The notes: a model not told the origin generated them from the letters alone. DNA of 64,000 bases from an uncultured Chloroflexia bacterium (GCA_963751345.1 CAVVUS010000022.1:32001-96000), one strand, 5' to 3'; shown: positions 10,059-23,300, counted from the stretch's first letter. Made by a program: numbers and translations.

Positions 10059-11105
10059 TTGCTACCCTGGCTTGGTGAGCAGCTTACTCAGTTCTGGGGC
10101 CCTTTCCGACTTTTCAACTCCTACCTCTTCCTCGCCAGTGTCGGAACCGCAATTGCAGCACTCGGCACGTGGTTTCTGCTGCCGAAACTCTGGAATGGTC
10201 TGCCACAGGACGGCGGACGGGCATACGCCGTCGACGCCGAAGGTGCGAGGGGCAAGCCGGTGGGCGCCGGCATCATATTCATAAGCATCTTTGCCGTTAC
10301 CACGCTGCTCGTCGCCCCCTTCGACTGGCGCATCGTCGGCATCACGGGATGTCTGATTCTCTCGATGCTTGAGGGCTATCTTGACGATCGGAGTCATGGC
10401 CTCAGCGAGTACACGCTGGGGGTGCTCGACCTGGGCATCTCCCTCCTTGGCGCGATCACACTGTGCCAATTCCACAACTACGTCATCTGGCTCCCATTGA
10501 CCAAGACGCCCATCGTCCTATCGCCCTGGATCTTCATTCCGCTGACCACCCTCATCCTGTGGTTGATGATCAACGCCACGAACTGCACGGACGGCGTCGA
10601 CGGCCTCTCGGCCAGTCTGTCCATCCTGGCATTCATCTATCTCGGCGGCATCCTCTACGGTATCGTTGGCCATAGCGACATCTCGCGCTACTTGCTGGTG
10701 CCCCACTACCCCGATGGTGCCAGTTGGGCGCTGCTGGCTTTCATTATGGTCGGCTCTCTTGCGGGGTACCTGTGGCACAATAGCCTGCCGAGTGCCGTCT
10801 TGATGGGGGACGCGGGATCACGACCGATAGGGCTACTTCTCGGGCTCCTGGTGATGGCGTCGGGCAACCCGTTCCTGGTCTTCATCGTGACCGGCGTCGT
10901 ACTGGTCAACGGGGCCACCGGACTTCTCAAGGTGACGCTGCTCCGGTTCTTCAAGATCAGCATCTTCAAATCCGTACGCTATCCGCTGCACGACCACGTC
11001 CGTCACACGTTGGGATGGTCGAACACCCAGGTGCTGGTGCGCTTCGTGCTGTTACAGGCCATCGGCACACCCGTTCTGCTCGTCCTTCTCTTCAAGGTCA
11101 GGTAA
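10059..11105 (+). CDS. mraY: MraY-family phospho-N-acetylmuramoyl-pentapeptide transferase (PNPT superfamily)
   Basis: About 10 TM segments with KPVGAG, GYLDD, NATNCTDGVDGL, LMGDAGS and YPLHDH motifs. TTG start after AAGGAG. Confidence 0.7.
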   Translation: MLPWLGEQLTQFWGPFRLFNSYLFLASVGTAIAALGTWFLLPKLWNGLPQDGGRAYAVDAEGARGKPVGAGIIFISIFAVTTLLVAPFDWRIVGITGCLILSMLEGYLDDRSHGLSEYTLGVLDLGISLLGAITLCQFHNYVIWLPLTKTPIVLSPWIFIPLTTLILWLMINATNCTDGVDGLSASLSILAFIYLGGILYGIVGHSDISRYLLVPHYPDGASWALLAFIMVGSLAGYLWHNSLPSAVLMGDAGSRPIGLLLGLLVMASGNPFLVFIVTGVVLVNGATGLLKVTLLRFFKISIFKSVRYPLHDHVRHTLGWSNTQVLVRFVLLQAIGTPVLLVLLFKVR

Positions 11106-11151
11106 CATCGGCAACGTCTGACACACACCAGTATGGGAGTGAACGTCTGAT

Positions 11152-12733
11152 ATGCGGAAGAAGAAGGTCCAGGTCCAGAAGAAGGTCGTTGTCATCGGCG
11201 CCGGCATTTCCGGTCTCACGGCCGCGGCCTATCTTGCCGGTGCAGGCCATCCGGTCACCCTCTACGAGCAGTCACCCGAGGTCGGCGGGGTCACGGCGAC
11301 GATAGGTCAGGACGGCTTCAGCTGGGACCTCGGGCCACTCCTTCTGGAGGGCTTCGCGCCGGACGAACGCGCAGGCCGCATCCTCAAGGAGATCGACGTC
11401 GCGGACCGGGTCCCCCTCAAGGAGGGCGACCGCGGATACGTCTTCCCGGATTTCGATCTCCGGAAGCCCGAGATTTACGAGGGACCGAACTGGCGCCGGG
11501 ATCGGATGAAGGAGCTCTTCCCGGCGGAACAGAGCAGCGTCGACAGCTATTACGCCTTCTACAACCAGGTTATGAACCTGGTCACACTCAACATGCGCGC
11601 CGGCCTGACGCATGGTCCGGCGGGGCAGCTGCTCAAGCTGCGCCTATGGCGCGCTTACAACAAGGTGAAGCTGCGAAAGGATTGGTCCGCCCAACAGCTT
11701 ATGGACCACTTCTTCGTCGACGAGCGGCTCAAAGCGATTTTCACCTCGATCCTCGCCGACTTCGTCGTACGCCCAAGCCGCTTCCCTGCGTTGGGTATTC
11801 CTGTGCTGAACGTGGAGAACAGCTTCGATCGCCGGATCCCTCGAAGAGCTTCGAGTGCGGGAAAGCGGCCCAGCTACCACTACATCCTGGGCGGATGCGG
11901 GGTATTGGTCGGAGCTATTGGCGACCGCCTCCGCGAAAAGGGCGCCCGTATCTACACCAACGCCACCGTCGAGAAGATCCTGGTTGACGGTGACCGGGTG
12001 CGCGGCGTCGAGCTCGCCGGCGGCCACGTCGAGCAGGCGGACATCGTGATTGCGACGGGGGGCGCACGGGAGACTTTCCTCCGAATGGTGGGGCGAGAGT
12101 ATCTCACCGCGGGCTTCGCCTATCTGGTGGATGAACTCGAGCTGATGGAATCGGTGTTGATGGTCCAGCTTGGCGTCGATCTGGACCCCCGGCCCTACCA
12201 ACCGGGACCGCTGTGCTATTACTACGGCACGTATGATATCGAGGGCGGGGTGGCGGCGTGCCAGCGCGGGGCTTACCACGAGGGCCGGGATGGGTTTGTG
12301 GTCTACATCCCATCACTACACTCACCGGAGATGGCGCCGGCTCGGGCAGCATGCCATCACAATCTACACCATCGCCCCCAACGTATTGAACGAGGGCACG
12401 TGGCAGAGCCGGCGTCGCGAGCTGGCAGTCAAGCTGGTCGCCTGCGCCGAGGCTGTGATCCCGGGACTCCGCTCGCACGTCATGACACAGATGATCATCA
12501 CGCCGGACGACTTCCAGGAGCGAACCCACCAGCAGCATCATGCCTTTGGCGGGCGCGCACCTATGATTGGGCAGGAGGGGCCCGGATACGAAACGCCGAT
12601 CGCCGGGCTCTGGTTCATCGGGTCGCAGAGCAAGAGCGGGGGCGGAGTACAGAACGTGATGGTCGGCGCTCGCGACGCCGTTCGACAGATACAGGCCACA
12701 CTCCCTCGCTCTCCGCGGGGAAGGCAGAGGTAA
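11152..12733 (+). CDS. Phytoene desaturase-like FAD-dependent oxidoreductase, frameshift near 12340
   Basis: VVVIGAGISGLTAA...YEQ...VGG dinucleotide-binding motif and PSLHSPEMAP. C-terminus (TPDDFQE...TPIAGLWFIG) is in ORF 12170..12733. Confidence 0.8.
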
Positions 12734-14519
<1,786 letters not shown>

Positions 14520-14524
14520 GAGCC

Positions 14525-14643
14525 GTCAGCGATCAGCAAGGAGTAGGAAATACGGAGTAAGGAGTACGGGCTCGCATGCACGCCTACTTCATACTCCTTA
14601 CTCCTTACTTCTTCCGATCGCTGAAAGCTGATTGCTGACCGCT
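14525..14643. repeat. Nested inverted heptamer tandem repeats
   Basis: GGAGTAAGGAGTA (14554-14566) / TACTCCTTACTCC (14592-14604) perfect IR lies inside GTCAGCGATCAGC (14525-14537) / GCTGATTGCTGAC (14627-14639). Both show 7-nt periodicity. Confidence 0.75.
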
Positions 14644-14673
14644 ACGAGTTTTCTTCAAAAAGGAGGACACATC

Positions 14674-15177
14674 ATGGACACACTCGAGACCCTGTTCACC
14701 CGCCGCAGCATTCGGAAATACACGAGGGAACCGGTGTCTGACGAAGAGCTGCACACCATCCTGGAGGCCGGGATGAACGCACCGTCGGCAAACAACCGGC
14801 AGCCGTGGCATTTCATCGTCGTCGACGATCGCGAGAAGCTCAACAGCATCATGGAAGTGCATCCCTACTCGAAGATGCTTGCCCAGGCGCCCCTGGCGCT
14901 CGTGGTCGTGGCCGACACGGAGACATCAAGGAGCTACTTCCCGCAGGACTGCGCCGCCGCCATCGAGAACATCCTCCTGGCCGCGAAGGCCCTTGGCCTC
15001 GGATCGGTCTGGATGGGTGTTTATCCCAACGAGGCGAGGGTCACGGGGATCCGCGCGCTCTTCAACATCCCCGGCCCCTACGTGCCCGTCGCGCTCGTCG
15101 CCCTGGGTCACCCGGCAGAGGAGGGAGGGCGGGTCGAGCGTTGGTCGGACGAGAAGGTTCACCAGAACGGCTGGTAG
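14674..15177 (+). CDS. Nitroreductase family protein
   Basis: AGGAGG RBS. TRRSIRKY, APSANNRQPWHF, DCAAAIENILLAA, LGSVW. Confidence 0.93.
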   Translation: MDTLETLFTRRSIRKYTREPVSDEELHTILEAGMNAPSANNRQPWHFIVVDDREKLNSIMEVHPYSKMLAQAPLALVVVADTETSRSYFPQDCAAAIENILLAAKALGLGSVWMGVYPNEARVTGIRALFNIPGPYVPVALVALGHPAEEGGRVERWSDEKVHQNGW

Positions 15178-16373
15178 AGGAACCCGGCGGCGCATCCGAC
15201 CCGCGGGCGCCCAAGATTCCCTACTCTCCTCCCACCTCCTCGGTCAACCGCGTCGTCATCGTCGACCTGCCGGGCTTGCCCATCGACGCGGAGGTACGGG
15301 GAAAGCAGGCATACCACCTGCTCTCCGTCCCCGCGCTCATCCGGTATGCCCGGCTTGACGCCGATGCCCTGGACCTCCCACAGACGTTCAGGGAGGGCGA
15401 CCCGGAGTCAGCTTGGCTGCGCCGCGAGCTCCCACTCTGGGTCGACGGTCGCCTCAGCAGCGCGGACGACAGCGTCCGGACCGCAGCCCAAGCCCTGGCC
15501 CGGCGCCTGGGGCGCAACCTCGGCTACCTCCTGGCGACGCTCCACCGCGGCGATGAGGTAAACCGGGCGGCGCGATCGGACTGGTCCGCGACGGAATGGC
15601 AGCACTGGCAACGCGTGCAGCGGGTCTGGCTGGGCGGCGGCGTGGTGAGCGGCGACCTCGGGGACAAGATGGTGCACCACGCCCGGACCGTGTTGGAAGA
15701 GACGGGCTGCGCCATCGCGATCGACAAGACGCCCTACCCCAGACACATGGCCACGCTGGGCGCGGGGCGCTTTATGCCACGCCCAGCCGAGCCGGAGACG
15801 TGCCAGCGGGGGCTGGTCCTGGACTTCGGCCAGACGTCGGTCAAGCGGGCCATCCTCACCTATCGCGGCAACGACTTGGTTCGCGCCGACCAGCTAGCGA
15901 CGCAGCCCGTCGTATGGCGATGGCGGAATAGCCCGGTTGCCGCCCTAGATCTCGATCCCCACGAGGTACTCGACCTTGTCGCCGGGACGCTCTGCGAGAG
16001 CCTGGCGTTGAGTGAGCGCGTGGGCCTTCCGGTCGGGCCGGACGTCGTGGTCAGCATCGCTGCTTACGTGCGCGGGGGCGAACTCCTGGGGAACGGCGGC
16101 TATGCCCGGATGCGGCAGTTGGCCGAGGACGTTCGGCCACTGATTGCGGACCGGGTGTCGGCGACGTGCGGGCGCAGGATCCGCATCGCCATCGTCCACG
16201 ACGGCACGGCGGCAGCCGCCGTTCACGCCGGGGAGATGGCGGACGGCGCGGAGAGTGCCGTCATCGTCGTGGGAACGGCGCTGGGCGTCGGATTCCCGCC
16301 GGCGAGCGCCGAAGGGCTCAGGGGCCTCGCGCCGGATTTGGCGATCGGGAAGGTGGAACCCGGAAACGACTGA
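15178..16373 (+). CDS. ROK/ASKHA-like protein, apparently circularly permuted; start codon unresolved
   Basis: ROK C-half motifs (LGRNLGYLL, WLGGGV, TLGAGR) precede N-half motifs (LDFGQTSVK, SIAAYV, VHDGTAAA, VGTALGVG). Confidence 0.6.
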
Positions 16374-16380
16374 CGTCGTG

Positions 16381-16418
16381 ACTACGAACCTTGTTCGCAG
16401 CAGGGGTAGGTTCGTAGT
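16381..16418. repeat. Inverted repeat between convergent genes (REP-like or bidirectional terminator)
   Basis: ACTACGAACCT (16381-16391) / AGGTTCGTAGT (16408-16418), containing CTAC/GTAG. Confidence 0.5.
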
Positions 16419-16441
16419 AGATGCTTGAGCGCCTCCCCAGC

Positions 16442-17345
16442 CTACGCGAGGTCCAGCCGCATCTCAATCCGTCGGAACGACTCGAGATAGCGCATCGCCA
16501 AGCAGACCCGGCAGATGAGGATCCGCGGCGGGCAGGTTCTCCGTTTTGGTGTCCTCTATCGGATGCCGGGTATGGAGGGCATGCGCCAAGGCCCGTGCGA
16601 CCCGCGCCGGATCGCCCTGCTCCGTCTGGAGCACCAGCCTTCCCAACTGGAAAACTGTGCTCTGGTAGACGAGCCAGCCGCAGTCACCGTCATCGCAGGT
16701 CACCTCGAGAGCCGACAGGCCCCCGCTGTTTCGCAGCGACGGATACTCGTCAAGCCAGGAAGGAACGCTGCGGCGCTGCCGCAACAGCGCCAGGGCCCGG
16801 TCTTGGTCGCCGTGCGTGACGGTATAGGCAGGTACCGCCCCTGTAGGGGGACCGGGCGGACGACGAAGAACCAGCAATTCCCGCGTCTCGACAAACCCCA
16901 GCTTGCAGAACAACCGGTGGGCGGGCTCGTTGTTCTTGATAACTTCAAGGATGATATGATCGGCGCCTAACTTGCGGGATTGGCTCACCAGATAACGCAT
17001 CATGGCCTCGCCGGCGCCGCTGTGTCGACGAACCGGTAGGACTCCTAACCGCGTGATCCAGGTGTGACGGGGCCGCACGCCCAACATCGCCAATCCGAGT
17101 GTCTCGCCCTCGTCCTGGGCGACCACGGAGCGGCTCAGATCCACCTCATAATCATCGACATACGCCTGAAGCCGTGCCACGTTCATCGGCATCGGCACGA
17201 TGTAGTCGATGCGTGATTGGTTGTAAGCTTCGGTCAGCTCCTCTACGGTGAACTCCGAGGCCGGTATGAGCCGGCACGGCGGAACGTAGCCAGGCATCAG
17301 ACCGCAGTCGGAGGAGGGGTGAACGGTGTTCCCGCTGACAGTCAT
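16442..17345 (-). CDS. GNAT family N-acetyltransferase, frameshift near 16500
   Basis: WITRLGVLPVRRHSGAGEAM (motif A), LEVIKNNEPAHRLF.KLGF. The corrected C-terminus is MRYLESFRRIEMRLDLA, stop at 16442-16444. Confidence 0.85.
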
Positions 17346-17453
17346 GGACCTCCCTCAACAAGGAATCGCATAATGACAAAAAGGGGCAGCCGGACACTCC
17401 GGCATCAAAGGGAGAAGGCAACACACGCCGGATCTCCGCGGCGTCCGGGCCTT

Positions 17454-17876
17454 CTACATATCAGACGCCGCATTTGGAGTGGCTTCGCACGCGTCCTCTT
17501 CCCCCGCATCTGCTGGGACCAGGAAACTGCCGACCTGGTTGGCAAACTCACGCGCGCTGATTGGCTTGCTGAGATAGCCATCGCAGCCGTAGGCGTCTGC
17601 CATCTCGGCGGCAAAGTCCTGGGGCCACGCCGTAACCACTACCAACGGAATCTTGGACAACAGCGACGACCCCTTGATCAGGCCCGCCACCGTCTGTCCG
17701 TCCAAATCCGGCAATCCCATATCGAGGAGAATCAGGTCCGGCACGGTGCTCATCGCCATCCGGAGGCCGCCCTCCCCGTCGGGCGCAACCACCACGCTGT
17801 AGCCCGCATACTCCAGCAGGCGTCGCATCAGTCGTGACTGATGCGGATCATCTTCCATAATCAAGATGGTTGTCAC
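17454..17876 (-). CDS. Single-domain response regulator (REC)
   Basis: ILIMEDD, LILLDMGLPDLDG, VVTA, YLSKP. The GTG start overlaps the upstream stop (GTGA). Confidence 0.93.
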   Translation of the reverse strand: MTTILIMEDDPHQSRLMRRLLEYAGYSVVVAPDGEGGLRMAMSTVPDLILLDMGLPDLDGQTVAGLIKGSSLLSKIPLVVVTAWPQDFAAEMADAYGCDGYLSKPISAREFANQVGSFLVPADAGEEDACEATPNAASDM

Positions 17877-18259
17877 GCTTCGACCTCCCGTCTTTCGAAG
17901 AAATGATCTACCTTGGCCAACAACTCGGCGACGTGGATGGGTTTCGAAAGGTAGTCGTCACACCCTTGGCTTAGGAAGCGCTCACGGTCACCATGCATTG
18001 CGGATGCCGTCAGCGCGACGATCCACGTGTCGCGGAGCCCGGGGTCCTGTTTCACCCTCGCGGCGATGTCCAGGCCGTCGAGCTCGCCGGGCAGTGCAAT
18101 ATCCAGCAAAAGCAGAGCGGGATGATGGGCCTCAAGCATGTCCCATCCCTCCGCACCTGTCTCTGCCAATAACACCTGGTACCCGTGGGAACCCAGGATC
18201 TTCTCGACCAGGCGACGGTTATGGTAATGATCCTCGATGTAGAGCACGGTCCTGTTCAC
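17873..18259 (-). CDS. Single-domain response regulator (DivK-like REC)
   Basis: VLYIED, LLLLDIALPGELDG, ALTASAM.GDRE, YLSKP. Confidence 0.93.
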   Translation of the reverse strand: MNRTVLYIEDHYHNRRLVEKILGSHGYQVLLAETGAEGWDMLEAHHPALLLLDIALPGELDGLDIAARVKQDPGLRDTWIVALTASAMHGDRERFLSQGCDDYLSKPIHVAELLAKVDHFFERREVEA

Positions 18260-18261
18260 GG

Positions 18262-20359
18262 CTACCTCGCCAGAATGGCCTCGACCTGAGCCAGGAATGC
18301 GCTGCGGTCGAAGGAGGATTTCGACCAGATGGAGGTGACGTTGGACGCCAAACGGGCACGCATTCGGGCGTCAATGTCGTCGTCCGACGTCACGACGATG
18401 ACGGGCGTCTCCATCGTCTGCTCACGGGTCCGCAGCATCACCAGGAGCTTCTCGCCGCTGACGTCCGGCAGGACAAGATCGAGGACAATCAGATCAGGCG
18501 GCGCCTGCTCTACCAGGGTCAGGGCCTCCGCACCCGAGTGAGCCTCGTAAACCTGCGAGCCGGGCCGCGTCTCAAGGAGGCGCCGAATCAACCTCGCCTC
18601 CGGCGCATAGTCGTCAACTACGAGAATCCGCTGCCGACCTTCGCGCCCAAACCTGCGCTCCGGCGGCGCGCCATCGGACGGCAACGCCGCCCGCGGTCCC
18701 TCCTCAACGATACCCACGACGTGGTCCACCAGGTCGCGGGCGCTGAAGCTGCCCTTCTGCCACACCGATGCGGCATACTCGTCGAGCCGCGCGCGTTCCT
18801 CCGGCTGCAGGGTCTTTGCCGACACGATCACGACCGGAATCTTGGCGGTGCGCGGGTCGGACTTCAGCACGTCCATCACGGCGAATCCGTCCATCTCCGG
18901 CATCATAAGGTCGAGGAGCACCAGATCGGGCTGGCGCTGACGGACGAGATCGAGGCCGTCCTTGGAGGAGTTGGCCTCAAAGACGCGGTACTGGCGGTAG
19001 TTCTTTAGGAAACGACGGATCAGCCGGCTGTCGTGGGGGTTGTCGTCGATGATGACGATCGTGGTGATACGCTCGTCCAGTTCCTCCAGCATCGTCGCGA
19101 GTCCCTCGGTGGGCCGGACGGCCTGCGATGACTTGACCGAGAGGTTGAGGATATAGCGATCTTCGAGCGCGTACTTCTCCGCGCTAAACGTGTGGCCGGA
19201 GCAGTTGACGACGACAGTCTCTTCGGATCCGATGATTCCCTGGTCCAGCAGCTTCTCGAGACCTGCGAATGCGACGCTTGCCGCGGGCTCCATAGAGATC
19301 CCTTCGACCCGGGCAACGCGGCGCATGGCGCGGAAGGCCTCCCCGTCGCCGACAGACACCATCGCGCCGCCGTAGCTATCGGCCGCCTGCTTGAGCAGGC
19401 GATACGCAAGCCCCGGATTTCCCGTGGCCAACACGGTGATCAGACTGTCAGGCTGTTCCACCGGCACGGCTTCGTCGAGCCCCTGGACCCAGGCACGAAC
19501 CATCGGATCGCACCCCTTGGTCTGCACCACCGCGATCTTCGGCACGTGGTCGATCATGCCTGCAGCGACCAACTCTTCAAACCCCTTGAGGACCCCCAGC
19601 GGCCCGATACCACCCGAGACTGCCTGAACGTACCAGTCCGGGGCGCCCCACACCGGCTGCGAGGCATCCCCCGACCTGGGCCAGGCTTCCGCGATCTCAA
19701 ACGCGATGGTCTTCATGCTCTCTTTGCACGGGATCGACTTGGCCCCGCCGTCGAGGGCCAGCCCCCGACGCTTGGCGAAGTTGGCCGCAACCTCTTTGGC
19801 CTGGTCATACGTGCCACTGACCTTGATCACCTCGGCATCGTAGAGCGCCAACTCGCGCATCTTCTCCGCGGGCACGCTGCTGGTCACAAAGGCCCAGAGC
19901 TTGATCCCGGCCCTGGCACAGTAAGCAGCATAGGCCGCGGCGGCATTGCCGGTCGAGGCCAGCACGATCTCGTGTACCCCGGTGGCCTTCAGGGCGCTGA
20001 CGGCTGTAGCGGCCTGCCGGTCCTTGAAGGAGCCGGTCGCGTGCTGGCGTTCGTCCTTGATCCAGATACCGCCGTGTCCGGTCTCTGCCGCCAGCCCCTC
20101 GGCCGGCAGTAACGGCGTGCACCCTTCGCCCATCGTGACCGGACGGAAGTCCGCTGGGAAGGGAAGGAGTTCCTCGTAGCGCCAGAGCGACATAGACCTT
20201 CCGCTTGAGCTCGGAGGGCCAGAGGTTCGCCAGGCGTCCCGTCTCGTATTCGGCATGCAGCCAAGCGCTGCCGCACGCCGTACACGTTGTTGTGTACGGA
20301 TCGGGCGGCATCCTGTGGCCGCACTCGAGACACCGCACAGCCGAGAATAGCGTCGTCAT
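18262..20359 (-). CDS. Threonine-synthase-like fold-type II PLP enzyme fused to two C-terminal receiver domains; frameshift near 20200
   Basis: N-terminal CLECG..CTACG zinc ribbon, GEGCTPL, TGSFKDR (PLP Lys), ASTGNAA, EPAAS. Then REC1 (IIDD, LLDLMMP, VSA, QKG) and REC2 (VVDD, VLDLVLP, VTS, SKS). The ATG overlaps the kinase stop (ATGA). Confidence 0.9.
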
Positions 20360-23300
20360 ACGCTCGCCTTCTCCACAGCGTCCTCAGCCGGTTCACCCCT
20401 CTCGGGGTCAACGTCGCCGACGGGAAGGCAAACCGTGAAGGTGCTGCCGCGGCCCACCTCACTCCGCACCGTCAGCGTGCCCGCGTGCATCGCAACCAGG
20501 TGCTTGGTGATCGCCAGCCCGAGCCCCGTCCCCTCCGCGCGCCGCGTGCTTGAACCATCCACCTGGCGGAAGCGTTCGAAGAGGACCGCAAGATTCTCCT
20601 CAGAGATACCCACCCCCGTGTCGCTGATGTCGATGCAGACACGATCGGGCTGAGGATCGTACCGCGCATGCAAGTGCACCTCCCCCTCCTCGGTAAACTT
20701 GATGGCGTTGGAGACGAGATTGTTGAGGATCTGAGAGAGTCGCATAGGATCCGCCATAATCACAGGCACGTCATCATCTGCCGACACGGAGAGCGTTACG
20801 GGCTTGGGCTGTTTATGTAGCAGCCCCATACAGTGAGACTTCGCTTCCTCGAGCATGAGCAGAACGGCAACGGGAGCCTTCGTCAGGGTCATCCGACCCG
20901 CCTCGATCTTCGTCAGATCGAGCACGTCGTTGATCAGCTTGAGAAGCTGCTGGCCGTTCTCGAAGATGGCATTGACGTCCTCATCCATGTCGGGTGTCAG
21001 CTCCCCGTCGATGCCCATCAGCATCACCTCGGCGTACCCCAGGATGGAGTTGAGCGGCGTACGCAGTTCGTGGCTCATATTGGCGAGGAACTCACTCTTG
21101 AGACGATCTACCTCTCGGAGACGCTCGGCGACGGCCTGGACTTCCTCGAAATACCGCGCGTTACGCAGTGCAATGGCAATCTGTCCCGCAAGCGCGCTAA
21201 AGACGTCCACCTCGGACTCGCTGAATCGCCCGATGGTGTCGTCCTGGACGTCAAAAACGCCGACGACTTCGTCACCGACCAACATCGGGATCGCCACTTC
21301 CGAGCGCGTCTCCGGGAGCAACGGATTGGGCATAAAGGAAGGTGCTGCCCTCACGTCGTTCACGAGGACGACGTTCTTGCTCCTGGCCGCTTCCGCGACG
21401 AGGCTCGGTCGTTGATCGAGCGCGATGGCGTGGCCCCGCTCACGCATAATCCGCCCGGCATTTCCCGAGCCGACACGCATGATCAGGCGCCGGCTGCCGG
21501 GATCCAACGTGTAGACGTGCAGATGATAGAGATCGAATCGCTCCTGAACCAGCGGCACGACCGCCTCCAGCAGGGCGGTCGGATCTAGAATCGCATTGAC
21601 CTGTGTCGAGACATCCGCCGCGGTGCGCAGCTGCAGGGCGAACTGCCGCAGATCGGCCTCCGCCTTCTTGCGGTCGGTGATGTCGCGGACAATCGTCGCG
21701 ACACTGATGGGCTCGTCTTTCTCTCCCCTGACGGAGAAGAAGGTCAGGGAGGCCTCAAAGCGGGTGCCATCCAGGCGGGTTTGGGCCACCTCGCCCTGCC
21801 AGCCTCCGGCCCCGGCAGCCGGCAGCACCTGCTCGATGAGCTTCACGACCTCCTCCTCAGGCCAGAGGGCAGTGATGCTCGTGCGCACCAGCGTCGAAGG
21901 TGACGCGTCGTCGCCGAAGAGCCTCAGGCAAGCGGGATTTGCATAGATGATCTGTCCGGCGAAATCCACCATCATGATGGCGTCCACCGCGTTCTCTGCC
22001 AACGCCTGGAACCGCGCGATCTCGCGACGCGCGCGCTTCCGCTCGGTGATATCACGTGTGATCGACACAACGCCCAGGGGTTCCCCCACTGGATCCCAGA
22101 GCAGAGCAGAGCTCCGCTCGGCGTCGAAGGAGCTACCGTCCTTGCGCAGCATCGTATACTCTTCGATCCGGCCCTGTCCGGATTCCAGCGCTTGGTACAT
22201 ATTCTCTGCCAGCCTGGACCAACCGGACTTTGTGACCAACTCCATCGCGCTCCTGCCCAGCAACTCCTCGCGCGCATCATAGCCGTGAAGTCGGAGGGCA
22301 GCCTCGTTCAAGTCGGTGATCCTGCCCATCATATCGGTCACCATGATGCCCTCGGTCATCGCGTCGAAGATCGCCCGCACGGTTTGAACGGCGCTTCGCA
22401 GATTCTCCTGCATCTCGGTCTGGCGGGCAAAGAGCATCGCGCTGTAGAGTGCGTTGGCAAGTTGTCCCGATAGGGTACGAAAGACGTCGAGGTCGGCCGG
22501 CGTGAAGTATCCGAGCTGATCGGATTGCACGTCGAAAACCCCGAGCACCTGATCGCCGATGGTGATGGGAACGGCTACCTCAGATCGTGTTCGCGGGAGC
22601 AGCATGTTGGGGAGGAAATCCGGATCGGCAGAGACGTCATTGACCAACACGGGCTCGCGGGTATTCGCCGCACGCGCCACGAGACTGTGAGGGTGATGGA
22701 GTGAGATTCGGTGATTCTGCTGCACCATAATGCGGCCGATCCGACCATAGCCGGCCCGGAGGACGAGGTCATCGCCATCGACGAGATACACGTGGGCGTG
22801 GTAGAGTGCGAATCGCTCCTTGAGAAGAGGAATCACGGCGTCCAGCAGCTTATCGGGATCCAGAATCGCCCCCACCTGCTCGGAAATCTCCGCCGCGGTG
22901 CGAAGCTGGACGGTGAAGTGCTCGCGCTCCTTCTCGGCCTGTTTCCGCTCCGAGATCTCCCGGGCGAAGACGCAGTTGAACTCCTGATCGCCGTATTTCA
23001 GGTAGTTGGCCGTCACCTCCATCGGGACCAGCTTGCCCGTCTTTGCCCGATACTCCGTATCAATGGTGAAGCGCCGCTCTGCCTTGACCTTCTGCCAGTG
23101 AACCGCCCAGACGCTGGGAATCATGTTGGGGTCGAGACGCGAAATCGCAGGCAGTGACAAAAGCTCTTGCTTCGTGTATCCGAGAAGCTGACACGCCGTA
23201 TCGTTGGCGGAATAGAGGCTGCCGTCGGGCCGGATCCAAAGGATCGCAGCCGGCGCGCCGTCAACGGAGAACTGTGTCAGGCTGAGGCGCTCCACGTAGC

